DNA of 64,000 nucleotides from Thermostichus sp. DRC_bins_24. GTDB lineage: Bacteria > Cyanobacteriota > Cyanobacteriia > Thermostichales > Thermostichaceae. Position 1 is the first letter of the stretch; each line of letters begins with the position of its first letter. Both the position numbers and the translations under genes were made by a program. The stretch is taken from positions 1-64,000 of the forward strand of contig JAUQVK010000115.1 of NCBI GenBank assembly GCA_039794845.1, read 5' to 3'. Positions 55,005 to 64,000 of the stretch are shown here, piece after piece. The notes under the pieces are model-generated. The model saw nothing but the letters and a program-made list of their open reading frames with translations, searched no databases and was not told the DNA's origin.

Positions 55005-55527
55005 ATGCCCAAACTAGATATCATCCACAATGCCGTAAAAAAGGCACTGATTAAGGATGGCTGGTTGGTTACAGATGATCCTTATGTCATTCAATACCAA
55101 AGAACCGTACTATACGCTGATCTTGGTGCCGAACGTCCGATTGCGGTTGAACGAAATGGTCAGAAGCTAGTTGTGGAGGCAAAAAGCTTTGTTGGAGCAT
55201 CCAAGATTCAAGATTTGAAAGAGGCTCTCGGTCAGTACAGCCCTTTCGCTAGTCACATGTAACAGCTATGGAGGTTGAAACCCACCTCCTGGAGGGCTGA
55301 GGAAGCATAAACCCTGCTGTAGAAAACCCGCGCAAGGGCTGTATGACATATACTGCTACCTTTTAGAGGAAATAGCCCCAGACCGTAAGTTGTATGTTGC
55401 TGTTAGCAGAGTTGCATACAATACCTTTTTTACTCAGGATGTGATTCAACTCATTCTCACTAAACATCAACTTCCCATCATTGTTGTAGATATAGAGGCG
55501 GAGGAGATTTTGCAATGGATAAATTAA
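55005..55527 (+). pseudogene. xisH: XisH-family protein interrupted by a MITE
   Basis: N-half ALIKDGW.VTDDP, DLGAE, E.KSF, ALGQY; C-half PDRKLYVAV...EEILQWIN resumes at 55342; removing the insert restores 138 codons. Confidence 0.92.
55238..55341 (-). mobile_element. MITE family 1, copy F (minimal 104 bp) inserted in xisH
   Basis: TA(55236-37)-CAGCCCTT...AAGGGCTG-TA(55342-43); the empty site reads CAG TAT GAC. Confidence 0.95.
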
Positions 55528-55859
55528 CGGAGTATCCAAAGCTAATTCAGCGTATTTTGACTGAATACGTGGAGCTGAGTAAACGTCACTCTAACCCAGA
55601 CATTGAAACGTTTTTGATTGTAGATGAGGCTAAAGCCAACTATATCTGGATGAACCTTGGTTGGCAGAATGGGAAACGTGTTGCTGGAATGACGGTCTAT
55701 GTGCGGATTCGGGATGGTCAATTCTGGATCGAAGAGGATTGGACTGAAAACGGTATTGCAACCGATTTAATTCGTGAAGGTGTTCCCAGAGAGGATATTG
55801 TGCTCGCATTCCATGAGCCTAAGATGAGGCAGTATACGGAGTTTGCTGTAGTGTCGTAG
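55515..55859 (+). CDS. xisI: XisI-family protein
   Basis: MDKL..Y..LI..IL, GW, WIEEDWTE.GIA.DL...GVP.EDIVLAFH.P..R.YT.FAV. Confidence 0.93.
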   Translation: MDKLTEYPKLIQRILTEYVELSKRHSNPDIETFLIVDEAKANYIWMNLGWQNGKRVAGMTVYVRIRDGQFWIEEDWTENGIATDLIREGVPREDIVLAFHEPKMRQYTEFAVVS

Positions 55860-55890
55860 TGGCGGTTGAAAGGGCACCGGGATCCCAATC

Positions 55891-57285
55891 ATGGCCAAAG
55901 CAAAAACCGTCTGGGAATGCAGCAACTGCGGTGAACGCTATCCCAAGTTTTTGGGCCGTTGTGAAAACTGCGGTGCCTGGAATACCCTATCCGAAATCGC
56001 CGTTGCCCCGCCGCCAAAATCTCCCCGTGCCCAAGCCCTGAAACCCAGCGCCTCCAGCTCAGCCGGGATCCCTCAAGCTGCCATCCCGATCACGCAAGTG
56101 CAGCCGGATGATCACCCTCGCCTTGCCTCTGGGTACGGGGAGTTCGACCGCGTCTTAGGGGGTGGGATCGTGGCCGGATCCCTGGTGTTGATCGGCGGCG
56201 ATCCGGGGATTGGCAAAAGCACACTGCTATTGCAAACCGCCGAACATTTGGCCAAAAGCGGGCGGATGCTCTACGTGTCGGGGGAAGAGTCGGCCCAACA
56301 AATTAAGCTGCGGGCAGAACGCCTCGGGGTGGGATCCCCCCAGTTGTACCTCTTGGCCGAAACGGATTTGGAGGCCATTTTGCTGGAGATCCAGGCTTTG
56401 CAGCCCCGTGTGGCGGTCATCGATAGCATTCAAGCGATCTTCTGGGGACAAATCACGGCCGCTCCAGGATCGGTCTCACAAGTGCGTGAATGCACCAGCC
56501 TCCTGATGCGGGCGGCGAAAAAATTGGGGGTAGCGCTGCTGATTGTGGGCCATGTTACCAAAGATGGATCCCTGGCGGGGCCGAAGGTGCTGGAGCATTT
56601 GGTGGATACGGTTTTGTACTTTGAGGGGGATCGCTTTCAGAGCCATCGCCTGTTGCGTTCGGTGAAAAATCGCTTCGGGGCAGCCCAGGAAATTGGTGTC
56701 TTTGAAATGGCGGAATCGGGCTTGGTGGAGGTGGAAAACCCCTCGCAACTGTTTTTGAGCAGTCGGGATCAAGCCACACCCGGAACGGCAACCATTGTCG
56801 CCTGTGAAGGCACTCGCCCCCTCGTGGTAGAGGTGCAGGCCCTGGTTAGCCCCACCAGCTACAGCTCACCCCGCCGGACCCCCACCGGTATTGAGATGAA
56901 CCGCTTTTTGCAAATCTTGGCGGTTTTAGAAAAACGGGTTGGGATCCCGCTTTCCAAATACGATGCCTACATTGCCTCCGCCGGTGGCATCAATGTGGCC
57001 GAGCCGGCTGCCGATTTGGGGGTAGCCGTAGCCGTGGCCGCCAGCTTTCGGGATCGCCTGGTGGATCCCTTCACGGTTTTGATTGGAGAGGTGGGGTTGG
57101 GGGGGCAGGTGCGCCCGGTGTCGCAGCTGGAGCAGCGGCTGAAAGAAGCGAGCAAGCTGGGGTTTCGCCACGCCATTATTCCCAATAGCCCCGTCTTGTC
57201 GGATTACGGCCTGCGCCTAAGCCGGGTGAATCGGGTGCTGGAGGCCCTGATCGTGGCGTTGCCCAGTTCCGAGAGTCCTGAGTGA
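55891..57285 (+). CDS. radA: DNA repair protein RadA/Sms
   Basis: C4 zinc finger, GDPGIGKST, KNRFG. Confidence 0.97.
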   Translation: MAKAKTVWECSNCGERYPKFLGRCENCGAWNTLSEIAVAPPPKSPRAQALKPSASSSAGIPQAAIPITQVQPDDHPRLASGYGEFDRVLGGGIVAGSLVLIGGDPGIGKSTLLLQTAEHLAKSGRMLYVSGEESAQQIKLRAERLGVGSPQLYLLAETDLEAILLEIQALQPRVAVIDSIQAIFWGQITAAPGSVSQVRECTSLLMRAAKKLGVALLIVGHVTKDGSLAGPKVLEHLVDTVLYFEGDRFQSHRLLRSVKNRFGAAQEIGVFEMAESGLVEVENPSQLFLSSRDQATPGTATIVACEGTRPLVVEVQALVSPTSYSSPRRTPTGIEMNRFLQILAVLEKRVGIPLSKYDAYIASAGGINVAEPAADLGVAVAVAASFRDRLVDPFTVLIGEVGLGGQVRPVSQLEQRLKEASKLGFRHAIIPNSPVLSDYGLRLSRVNRVLEALIVALPSSESPE

Positions 57286-57399
57286 GTTGGTTGTTGTTCA
57301 TTGTTGGCTGTGGATGTTGATTGAGCAAAAGCCTTGGCAAAACCAACCGCAAGCCTGCGGGTAAAATGGCCTCACCTGAGGTTGGAGAACCTGCCAGTG

Positions 57400-58674
57400 A
57401 TGCTCACATCTCGTCGTCGGTTTTTGCTCAGTACGGGGGCGCTGCTGTTGGGGGCTTGTGGAGGGCGACAGCTGGCCCCGCCGGGAACAGCAAAGATCCG
57501 CCTCCGCTTCTGGACGATGCAACTGAAGCCCACCTTCGACGACTATCTGAACCGGGTGATCGCCGATTTCCAAGGTCAGTACCCCGATACCACCGTGGAG
57601 TGGGTGGATGTGCCCTGGGGGGAGATGGAAACCAAAATCCTGACGGCGGTGGCCGCCAACACAGGCCCAGATGTGGTGAACCTCAACCCGCCCTTTGCCA
57701 GCAAACTGGCCGAACGCGATGCCCTTTTGGATCTGGAAACCCAGGTTTCTGAAGCTGAACGTGCCGCCTATTTCCCCAACCTTTGGCGGGCCAACCAACT
57801 GCTCAAAGCCGGAGCCTCATCCCCGGTCACCTTCGGCTTACCCTGGTACGTGGCCAGCGATATCACCCTCTACAACCGGGCTTTGCTAGAAGACTCGGGC
57901 TGGGATGCCGATACCCCCCCCAGGACCTATGCCGAGTTGGCCCAGCTCGCCCCCCAAATCCGGGAGCGCACCGGCAAATACGCCTTCATGTTGACCCTGG
58001 ATGGATCCCAGGTGTTGGAGGCGATGGTGCAGATGGGGCTGCCACTGCTGGATGGGGAAGGAAAGGCAGGATTTGCTAACCCGGCGGGGGAAGCGGCCTT
58101 TGCCTACTGGGTGGATTTGTTTCAGTCGGGCGGGATCCCACGGGAGGTACTGACGGAAAGCCACCGCCGTACTCTGGAGCTGTATCAGTCGGGGGAACTG
58201 GCCTTTTTGCTGACGGGGCCGCAGTTTTTACGGCAGATCCAAGAAAATGCCCCCGATATTGCCCAGGTGACTGATGTGGCCCCCCAACTGGCCGGCTTGG
58301 ATGGGCGCATCAGTGCGGCGGTGATGAACGTGGCCATTCCCAAAGCCACCCCCCACCCCGAGCGGGCGGTGCAATTTGCCCTCTTCCTCACGAATGCCCA
58401 GAACCAACTGGAATTTTCTCAGCTGGCCAATACCCTACCCTCGACAGTGGCGACGGCGGCGGATCCCTACTTTACGGGTACCGCGGAAACCGTGGTGGAT
58501 AAAGCCCGGCTGGTAAGTGCGGCTCAACTACCCCAGGCGCAGGTGTTGATCCCCCCGGTAGAGGGCTTGGGGGATTTGCAGAAGATCATTTACGAAGAGT
58601 TGCAACGGGCGATGCTGGGGGAAAAGTCGGTACAGGCAGCAGTGCGGGATGCGGCCCAACGCTGGAATGGCTAA
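57400..58674 (+). CDS. Sugar ABC substrate-binding lipoprotein (Tat signal)
   Basis: SRRRFL...LGAC; FWTMQL, PDVVNLNP. Confidence 0.9.
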   Translation: MLTSRRRFLLSTGALLLGACGGRQLAPPGTAKIRLRFWTMQLKPTFDDYLNRVIADFQGQYPDTTVEWVDVPWGEMETKILTAVAANTGPDVVNLNPPFASKLAERDALLDLETQVSEAERAAYFPNLWRANQLLKAGASSPVTFGLPWYVASDITLYNRALLEDSGWDADTPPRTYAELAQLAPQIRERTGKYAFMLTLDGSQVLEAMVQMGLPLLDGEGKAGFANPAGEAAFAYWVDLFQSGGIPREVLTESHRRTLELYQSGELAFLLTGPQFLRQIQENAPDIAQVTDVAPQLAGLDGRISAAVMNVAIPKATPHPERAVQFALFLTNAQNQLEFSQLANTLPSTVATAADPYFTGTAETVVDKARLVSAAQLPQAQVLIPPVEGLGDLQKIIYEELQRAMLGEKSVQAAVRDAAQRWNG

Positions 58675-59590
58675 AAAAACTTCATCAGAGTTATCTCGGT
58701 CATCCCCACCCAGATGGGAACGGTTGTGGATCCACTCTGGCCCCTACTTGTTTCTGTTGCCCGCCCTGATCTTGATGGGGATCGCCGCCTTTTGGCCGAT
58801 GCTGCAAGCGGTTTACCTGAGTTTGACCCGCTATGACCTGCTCAGTGCCCCCACCTGGATTGGCCTAGAGAACTACTTGCGCCTGACCCGGGATCCCCTC
58901 TTTTGGAGAGCCCTGGGAAATACCTTAATGTATGTGGGTTTGGTGGTGCCGCCTTTGGTGTGGTTGCCGCTGGGGCTGGCGATTTTGGTGAATCGACGGC
59001 TGCCGGGGATTGGGATTTTTCGCTTGCTCTACTATCTGCCGGTGGTGTTTTCGGTGGTGGTGGCGGGCTTGGCCTGGCGCTGGCTCTATGCCGAGAATGG
59101 CCTGTTGAACCACATTCTTTCTGTGCTGTCGGGGCATCCGCTACGGATCCCTTGGTTGACGGATCCCCGTTGGGCCTTGTTCTCCGTTAGTTTGGTCACC
59201 ATCTGGAAAGGCTTGGGCTACTACATGGTGATTTATTTGGCCGGCTTGCAGGGGATCCCGGCCCATTTGTACGAAGCCGCTGCCCTGGATGGGGCGAATC
59301 GTTGGCAACAACACCGCTGGATTACCCTGCCCCTGATGCGCCCTTACCAACTGTTGGTGTTGATCCTCTCCACCATTGCCGCCATGAAGGTGTTTGAGGA
59401 AGTGTATTTGCTCACCCGCGGCGGCCCGGTCTACAGCACCCTCACTTTGGTGTACTACCTTTACGAGCGGGGCATCAGCAATCTGGAGATGGGCTACGCT
59501 TCCGCCCTAGGGTTGGTGTTGTTTGGGGTGGTGTTGGCTTTGTCGCTGGGGGCAGTGCGGCTTTATTCCAGGGAAGAGGAAAAAGAGTAG
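58667..59590 (+). CDS. Carbohydrate ABC permease (CUT1)
   Basis: PYLFLLP, GLENY, LYEAA.LDGA EAA loop. Confidence 0.92.
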   Translation: MAKKTSSELSRSSPPRWERLWIHSGPYLFLLPALILMGIAAFWPMLQAVYLSLTRYDLLSAPTWIGLENYLRLTRDPLFWRALGNTLMYVGLVVPPLVWLPLGLAILVNRRLPGIGIFRLLYYLPVVFSVVVAGLAWRWLYAENGLLNHILSVLSGHPLRIPWLTDPRWALFSVSLVTIWKGLGYYMVIYLAGLQGIPAHLYEAAALDGANRWQQHRWITLPLMRPYQLLVLILSTIAAMKVFEEVYLLTRGGPVYSTLTLVYYLYERGISNLEMGYASALGLVLFGVVLALSLGAVRLYSREEEKE

Positions 59591-59801
59591 TCATCCCCCA
59601 TTCGCCTGCCCAGAGCAACGGTGGCTGGGGGAGAAGTGCGGAAAACAGTATTCCTCGGTACAACTGATCCGGATCACAGACAAATCTTGTAAGATAAAGG
59701 GCTACGAGGGCATTGACCGGATCCCTCTTGCCTAATGTAATCGTCCGATGTACCAGACTTAACCGCCCGCCCTTGGCAGCCCACAGGATAAGGATTGACC
59801 T

Positions 59802-59876
59802 ATGGCACTGGTTGCACTGTTTATTTTCGTCCTGTACCTGATTGTCTCCAACTTGAATGCTCAAGCTGAGCGCTAA
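59802..59876 (+). CDS. Candidate 24-aa hydrophobic micro-protein
   Basis: MALVALFIFVLYLIVSNLNAQAER*, AAGGA 7 nt upstream. Confidence 0.4.
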   Translation: MALVALFIFVLYLIVSNLNAQAER

Positions 59877-59941
59877 CTTTTTCATCTGCAAGGAGTTCGT
59901 ATCAAGCCTGCAAAAGCCAGCGGCTCTACTCCTGTTCTGCA

Positions 59942-59983
59942 TCTCCCGCTCTGGGGGGGTGAGGGCAGGTGCTCCAAACCCAA
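59942..59983 (-). repeat. Dispersed GC-rich repeat; inverted homolog of 24866-24916
   Basis: TCTCCCGCTCTGGGGGGGTGAGGGCAGGTGCTCCAAACCCAA. Confidence 0.6.
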
Positions 59984-60050
59984 TTCAAACTCAATTCAAA
60001 GAACTGTCGAGCAGGGAAAGAATCCCCTCCCTTTGAGGATGACAGTCAAG

Positions 60051-62558
60051 TTAACTTCGTAAGATAACCTGAAACTGTTTTTCCAACTGGGCTCTTACCC
60101 GGCTTTGGGCCGCTTCTACTTCAGCATCCGTGAGGGTGCGATCGAGGGCGCGGTAGACCAGTCGAAAGGCAAGGCTACGCTGCCCTTCCGGGACACCCTG
60201 GCCGCGATACTCGTCGAAAAGCTGCACCGACTGAAGCAGCTCGCCTCCCGCCTGGCGAATGGCTTGTTCGAGTTCTCCCACAGAAAGGGCAATCGGTGCA
60301 AAGAAGGCAATATCCCGATCCGAGGCCGGGAAAGTTGAGAAGGGGGAAAATTGCACAATGCCCCGTTTCTCTAAGATCTCCAGCAAGGGATCCAGTTCCA
60401 ACTCAAATGCATATACCTGATCCGGCAGGCCCTTGTCTTGACAGAGGCGGGGATGTAATTGCCCAAACAAGCCCATACGGGATCCCTCGATCCACAGGCT
60501 GGCCTGGCGACCGGGATGCAGCTCCGGAGATTGCTCAGAGGTCGAATCCACTCGAAACTCGGGGTGGAACCCTAACCGTTCCAGAGCCGAGACCAGTAAT
60601 CCCTTGGCCTCGAACCAGTCCATCGGGCGGTTGTGGTGTTGCCAATCGTTGGGGTTGGGATCCCCACCCAAAATGCCGCCGATGTGATCAGCTTCTCGGT
60701 AGGGGTGGGGGCTGGGGGGAAGGGCACGGGCAAAAACACGACCGATTTCAAAAGCTTGTAACGGGCCATTGCCTTGATCCCAATTGAAGCGGAAGGCTTC
60801 CACCAAACCGGGCAGGAGGGCATCTCGCACGGCGGAATATTCCGGCGAGAGGGGGTTGGCAATTTTCACCAAGTCCCTGTTGGAGCCACTCCCCTCTGCA
60901 TTAGCCGGGCACAAAGAGAGATGGTAAAGCTCCGTGAGGCCAATGCCGCGCAGCACTTCCCGGATCTGACGGGTGAAGGATTCCCGTGGGGAAAGGGATC
61001 CCACCTGGGGTTCGGGGGGCAGGGTTTCGGAGAAACGGTCGTAGCCGTAAAGGCGGGCAAATTCCTCGATGAGGTCGATCTCCCGTTCGATATCCCGCAG
61101 GCGGTAGGGGGGAACGGTAACCTGCCAGACACAACGCGCCACGGTTGCCGTTTCGGTCTCGGGAGAAGCGGGTTTTGCACCGGGTTTGGTGACCACCTTG
61201 GGGACACAGGGAGACAGCTGAAAGCCCAGAGCAGGCAAGATCTCCTCGACATCCGCCGCCCGCACATCATCCCCCAACACATCGATTAGCCGAGACAGCC
61301 TTAGCTCCAGGGTGCGCTCTAGAGAGGGCCGTTGGTCGAAGGTGGTGATGCCGGTGACTTGTCCGCCGGCCAACTCCAGGATCAACTGCACCGCCCGATC
61401 CCGCGCCTGATCCAGACCGGCAAAATTCACTCCCCGTTCGTAGCGAGCTGAGGCTTCGGTGCGCAGGGCTTGTGAACGTGCGGAGCGCCGCGTCACCACG
61501 GGGTCGAACAGGGCGGCTTCCAGAAAAATGTTGGTCGTCCCTGAGTTCACCTCGGTTTCTTCGCCCCCCATCACTCCCGCCAGAGCTACAGGCCGATCTG
61601 CAGCGGTGATCAGATGGCTCTCGGCTTGCAGGGTGCGGATTTGGCCGTCCAGGGTTTTCAGGGTTTCTCCGGTTTGGGCGAGGCGCACCCCGATAGCAGG
61701 CTTTTTCGGCTTGCCCATCACCTGCAGCAGGCAATCCCAATCGAAGGCGTGCAAGGGTTGGCCCCATTCCAACAGGATCAAATTGGTGATGTCCACCACG
61801 TTGTTGATGGAGCGCGTCCCGGCTGCTGCCAAACGGTGTTTCAGCCAGTCGGGGGACGGGCCGATCTTCACCCCCTCAATCAACACACCACTGTAGGCAG
61901 GACAGGCTTTGGCATCGGCAATGTGCAGTTTCAGATTGGGAATGGGTTTGGCCTCGAGGGGCTTGACGGGGGGCAGGTGCAGCGGGTTACGGGTGAGGGC
62001 AGCCACTTCACGGGCAATGCCGACCATGCTCAGGGCATCGGCACGGTTAGCCGTTGAGGTGAGATCCAGCACCACGTCATCCAAGCCCAAGAGGGGACGG
62101 ACATCGGAGCCGAGGGGATGGGTTTCCAGATCTAAGTCGGTTGGAAATTCGTGGATCCCTTCGGAGGATTTTTCCAGTCCCAATTCCGCCAAAGAACAGA
62201 TCATGCCGGCAGAGGTCACCCCCCGTTTCTCGGCTTTTTCAATGGTGAGGTTGAGGGCGGGCAAATGGGTGCCTGGGGTAGCGACGGCAACGAGGATCCC
62301 GGCACGGGCGTTGGCGGCTCCACAGACGATGGTGGCAGGCGGCTTGCCCCCCAGATCCACCTGACAAACCTGCAGTTTATCGGCGTTGGGGTGAGGTTCT
62401 GCCTTGAGAATTTTGCCCAGGACTACTCCATCTGCCCAGGTGCGGCGATCTTCGATATCTTCCACCTCAAACCCTGCCAGGGTCAGGGCTTCCCCCAATT
62501 CTTCTGGTGAAAGCTCGAAGTCTACCAGTTCCCGCAACCACTTCAAGGAGATGCGCAT
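60051..62558 (-). CDS. pheT: Phenylalanine--tRNA ligase beta subunit
   Basis: HPNADKL, IVCGA.N, NRAD.LS..G.ARE, GQPLHAFD, FP...RDIA, RSLAFRL. Confidence 0.97.
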   Translation of the reverse strand: MRISLKWLRELVDFELSPEELGEALTLAGFEVEDIEDRRTWADGVVLGKILKAEPHPNADKLQVCQVDLGGKPPATIVCGAANARAGILVAVATPGTHLPALNLTIEKAEKRGVTSAGMICSLAELGLEKSSEGIHEFPTDLDLETHPLGSDVRPLLGLDDVVLDLTSTANRADALSMVGIAREVAALTRNPLHLPPVKPLEAKPIPNLKLHIADAKACPAYSGVLIEGVKIGPSPDWLKHRLAAAGTRSINNVVDITNLILLEWGQPLHAFDWDCLLQVMGKPKKPAIGVRLAQTGETLKTLDGQIRTLQAESHLITAADRPVALAGVMGGEETEVNSGTTNIFLEAALFDPVVTRRSARSQALRTEASARYERGVNFAGLDQARDRAVQLILELAGGQVTGITTFDQRPSLERTLELRLSRLIDVLGDDVRAADVEEILPALGFQLSPCVPKVVTKPGAKPASPETETATVARCVWQVTVPPYRLRDIEREIDLIEEFARLYGYDRFSETLPPEPQVGSLSPRESFTRQIREVLRGIGLTELYHLSLCPANAEGSGSNRDLVKIANPLSPEYSAVRDALLPGLVEAFRFNWDQGNGPLQAFEIGRVFARALPPSPHPYREADHIGGILGGDPNPNDWQHHNRPMDWFEAKGLLVSALERLGFHPEFRVDSTSEQSPELHPGRQASLWIEGSRMGLFGQLHPRLCQDKGLPDQVYAFELELDPLLEILEKRGIVQFSPFSTFPASDRDIAFFAPIALSVGELEQAIRQAGGELLQSVQLFDEYRGQGVPEGQRSLAFRLVYRALDRTLTDAEVEAAQSRVRAQLEKQFQVILRS

Positions 62559-62675
62559 CGCTCAGCCGTTGGTGCAAACGCCGCACCCATTATCGCTCAC
62601 CAGGCCCTCTCCCCCAGCACCGGATCTCGGTTGAATCCATGGCCCCCTCTTGAATGGGATCCCGTCAGCCCACCT

Positions 62676-63518
62676 CTAGGGTTCCAAAGCTCCAAAACGA
62701 AAGGCGGCCATGCTGAGCACTCCGTAGGTATAGCCCTGGAAAAGTTGTGCCCAAGTGTTGGCAGGGCCGCCGGCTCCTGCCGCTACAAAGAGGGGCAGTA
62801 AATGTTCCTCGCGGGGATGGTTGCGCACCGCCTCTGGAGCCAGAGTTCGGTAATCGAGCAGTTCTTGCACCTGTCCGCTGCTGATGGTTTGGGAAAGCCA
62901 TTGGTCGAAGTGGGCAACCCAGGCTGGGGGCTTGTCGGTAAACTCGGCTTGGGTTTCGCTCCAACCGGCTGTTGGAAGAGGCCTCCGCCATGCAGGCGCG
63001 ATCAGCTCCCGTAGGTTGTGGGTGGCACCGCCACTGGCCAGAATGAGCACCCCCTCTGCTCGCAAGGGCTGTAGGGCTTGGCCCAGATGGTAATGGTAGG
63101 CGGGATCCTTTTGCGGCTGGATGGACAACTGCACCACCGGGATCCGCGCTTCCGGGTAGATCAGCAATAGGGGGTTCCAAGCGCCATGATCCAAGCCGCG
63201 ATTGGGGTCAATTTGGGTTGGGATCCCGGCAGCAGTTAACATCGCCTGAACTCGATTGGCCAGAGCTGGATCCCCGGGGGCGGGGTAATGCAATTGGTAG
63301 AGCGGGGGCGGGAATCCGTAGAAGTCGTGGATAGTTGCTGGTTGAGGGGCAGCACTCACCGTAGGCTCTGGCGTTTCCCAATGGGCGGAAATAACCAAAA
63401 TGGCGCGGGGGGTTGGCAGAAGGGATCCCAATGTTTTGAAGAACTGCACCACAGGCCCAGACTCTAGAGGCAGGGTAGGCGCTCCGTGGGAGATAAACAG
63501 ACTGGGCAGAGCATTCAT
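62676..63518 (-). CDS. DODA-type extradiol ring-cleavage dioxygenase (LigB family)
   Basis: FISHGAP, SAHW, HDFYGFP, GLDHGAW, SGG.THNL, HP.EEHLLPL. Confidence 0.93.
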   Translation of the reverse strand: MNALPSLFISHGAPTLPLESGPVVQFFKTLGSLLPTPRAILVISAHWETPEPTVSAAPQPATIHDFYGFPPPLYQLHYPAPGDPALANRVQAMLTAAGIPTQIDPNRGLDHGAWNPLLLIYPEARIPVVQLSIQPQKDPAYHYHLGQALQPLRAEGVLILASGGATHNLRELIAPAWRRPLPTAGWSETQAEFTDKPPAWVAHFDQWLSQTISSGQVQELLDYRTLAPEAVRNHPREEHLLPLFVAAGAGGPANTWAQLFQGYTYGVLSMAAFRFGALEP

Positions 63519-63730
63519 CTGTTTGGCTCAATAAAGTTTTTGTTCGTACAATTTGATAATAGCAAGGCCGTTGACTCTAATGAAGTACGTCGGGAGGTAC
63601 GTTGGGCGGGGCGGGGATGGGTTCAATGCAATGCTAGAACGGTGAAAGTGGGGGCTTGTGGGGGTTGCCCCAGGCAGTTTTGACAAAGCGTTTAAGAGCA
63701 GATTTAGCAGATCTAATAGAGGTGCTGAAC

Positions 63731-64000
63731 ATGAGTGAAAACTGGGCGAAACGGTTGCGCAACGGGTTGATCGCCTTGGCGGCGGTGATTTTGGCGACAG
63801 GGCTATTTTTTGCCAATCAAAGCCGCAATGCCACCACGCGTTTGGAGGTTCTGGCGCAACAGGCGGTACCTCTGGAAGAGGCCCAAGCCAATTTCAAACC
63901 CTCTTTGGTGGAGTTTTACGCCGATTGGTGCACCAGTTGTCGAGCCATGGCGCCGCTGCTGGCCGGCCTGAAGGAAGAGTTCGCCGATCGGGTCAACTTT
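63731..64000 (+). CDS. txlA: Membrane-anchored thioredoxin TxlA/HCF164-like (runs off window end)
   Basis: Manual translation: N-terminal TM, KPSLVEFYADWCTSCRAMAP. Confidence 0.8.
   Translation, partial: MSENWAKRLRNGLIALAAVILATGLFFANQSRNATTRLEVLAQQAVPLEEAQANFKPSLVEFYADWCTSCRAMAPLLAGLKEEFADRVNF

Noticed and set aside
55005..55527. Programmed frameshift or intron restoring xisH
   Set aside because: The insert has TIRs and a TA duplication, includes an in-frame stop, and shows no intron or slippery-site features.
55005..55859. fdxN-type excision element
   Set aside because: No XisF-like recombinase and no interrupted host gene; aroC and radA are intact.

Overview
A 64 kb, gene-dense chromosomal segment from a cyanobacterium (psbA, btpA, sqdB, cruF, txlA-like). 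The very frequent GGGATCCC/GGATCC palindrome points to hot-spring Synechococcus/Thermostichus; this is an inference. Most of the window is housekeeping: glyQ, lepA-yqeK-rsfS, remA-gmk-speD-speE-sqdB, lspA, mutL, pyrD, dapL, aroC, radA, pheT and scattered ABC transporter parts. I found no rRNA, tRNA or CRISPR array. The unusual content is a layer of small mobile DNA. (1) A TA-flanked 104-bp MITE family (CAGCCCTT...AAGGGCTG) has four full-length copies, one truncated copy and one short remnant; several carry palindromic mini-inserts, and one copy splits an otherwise intact xisH. (2) A sister 103-bp MITE is present. (3) There is an internally deleted IS200/IS605 (tnpB) element. (4) Two orphan IS605-like right ends lie in inverted orientation around a 4.7 kb three-gene block. 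(5) Many short tandem duplications sit at gene boundaries. Other candidates are a 24-aa membrane micro-ORF, a ComFB-like gene, a kinase-TPR/vWA pair and a MutL with a shortened ATP lid. All product calls come from motif recognition by eye; no searches were run.
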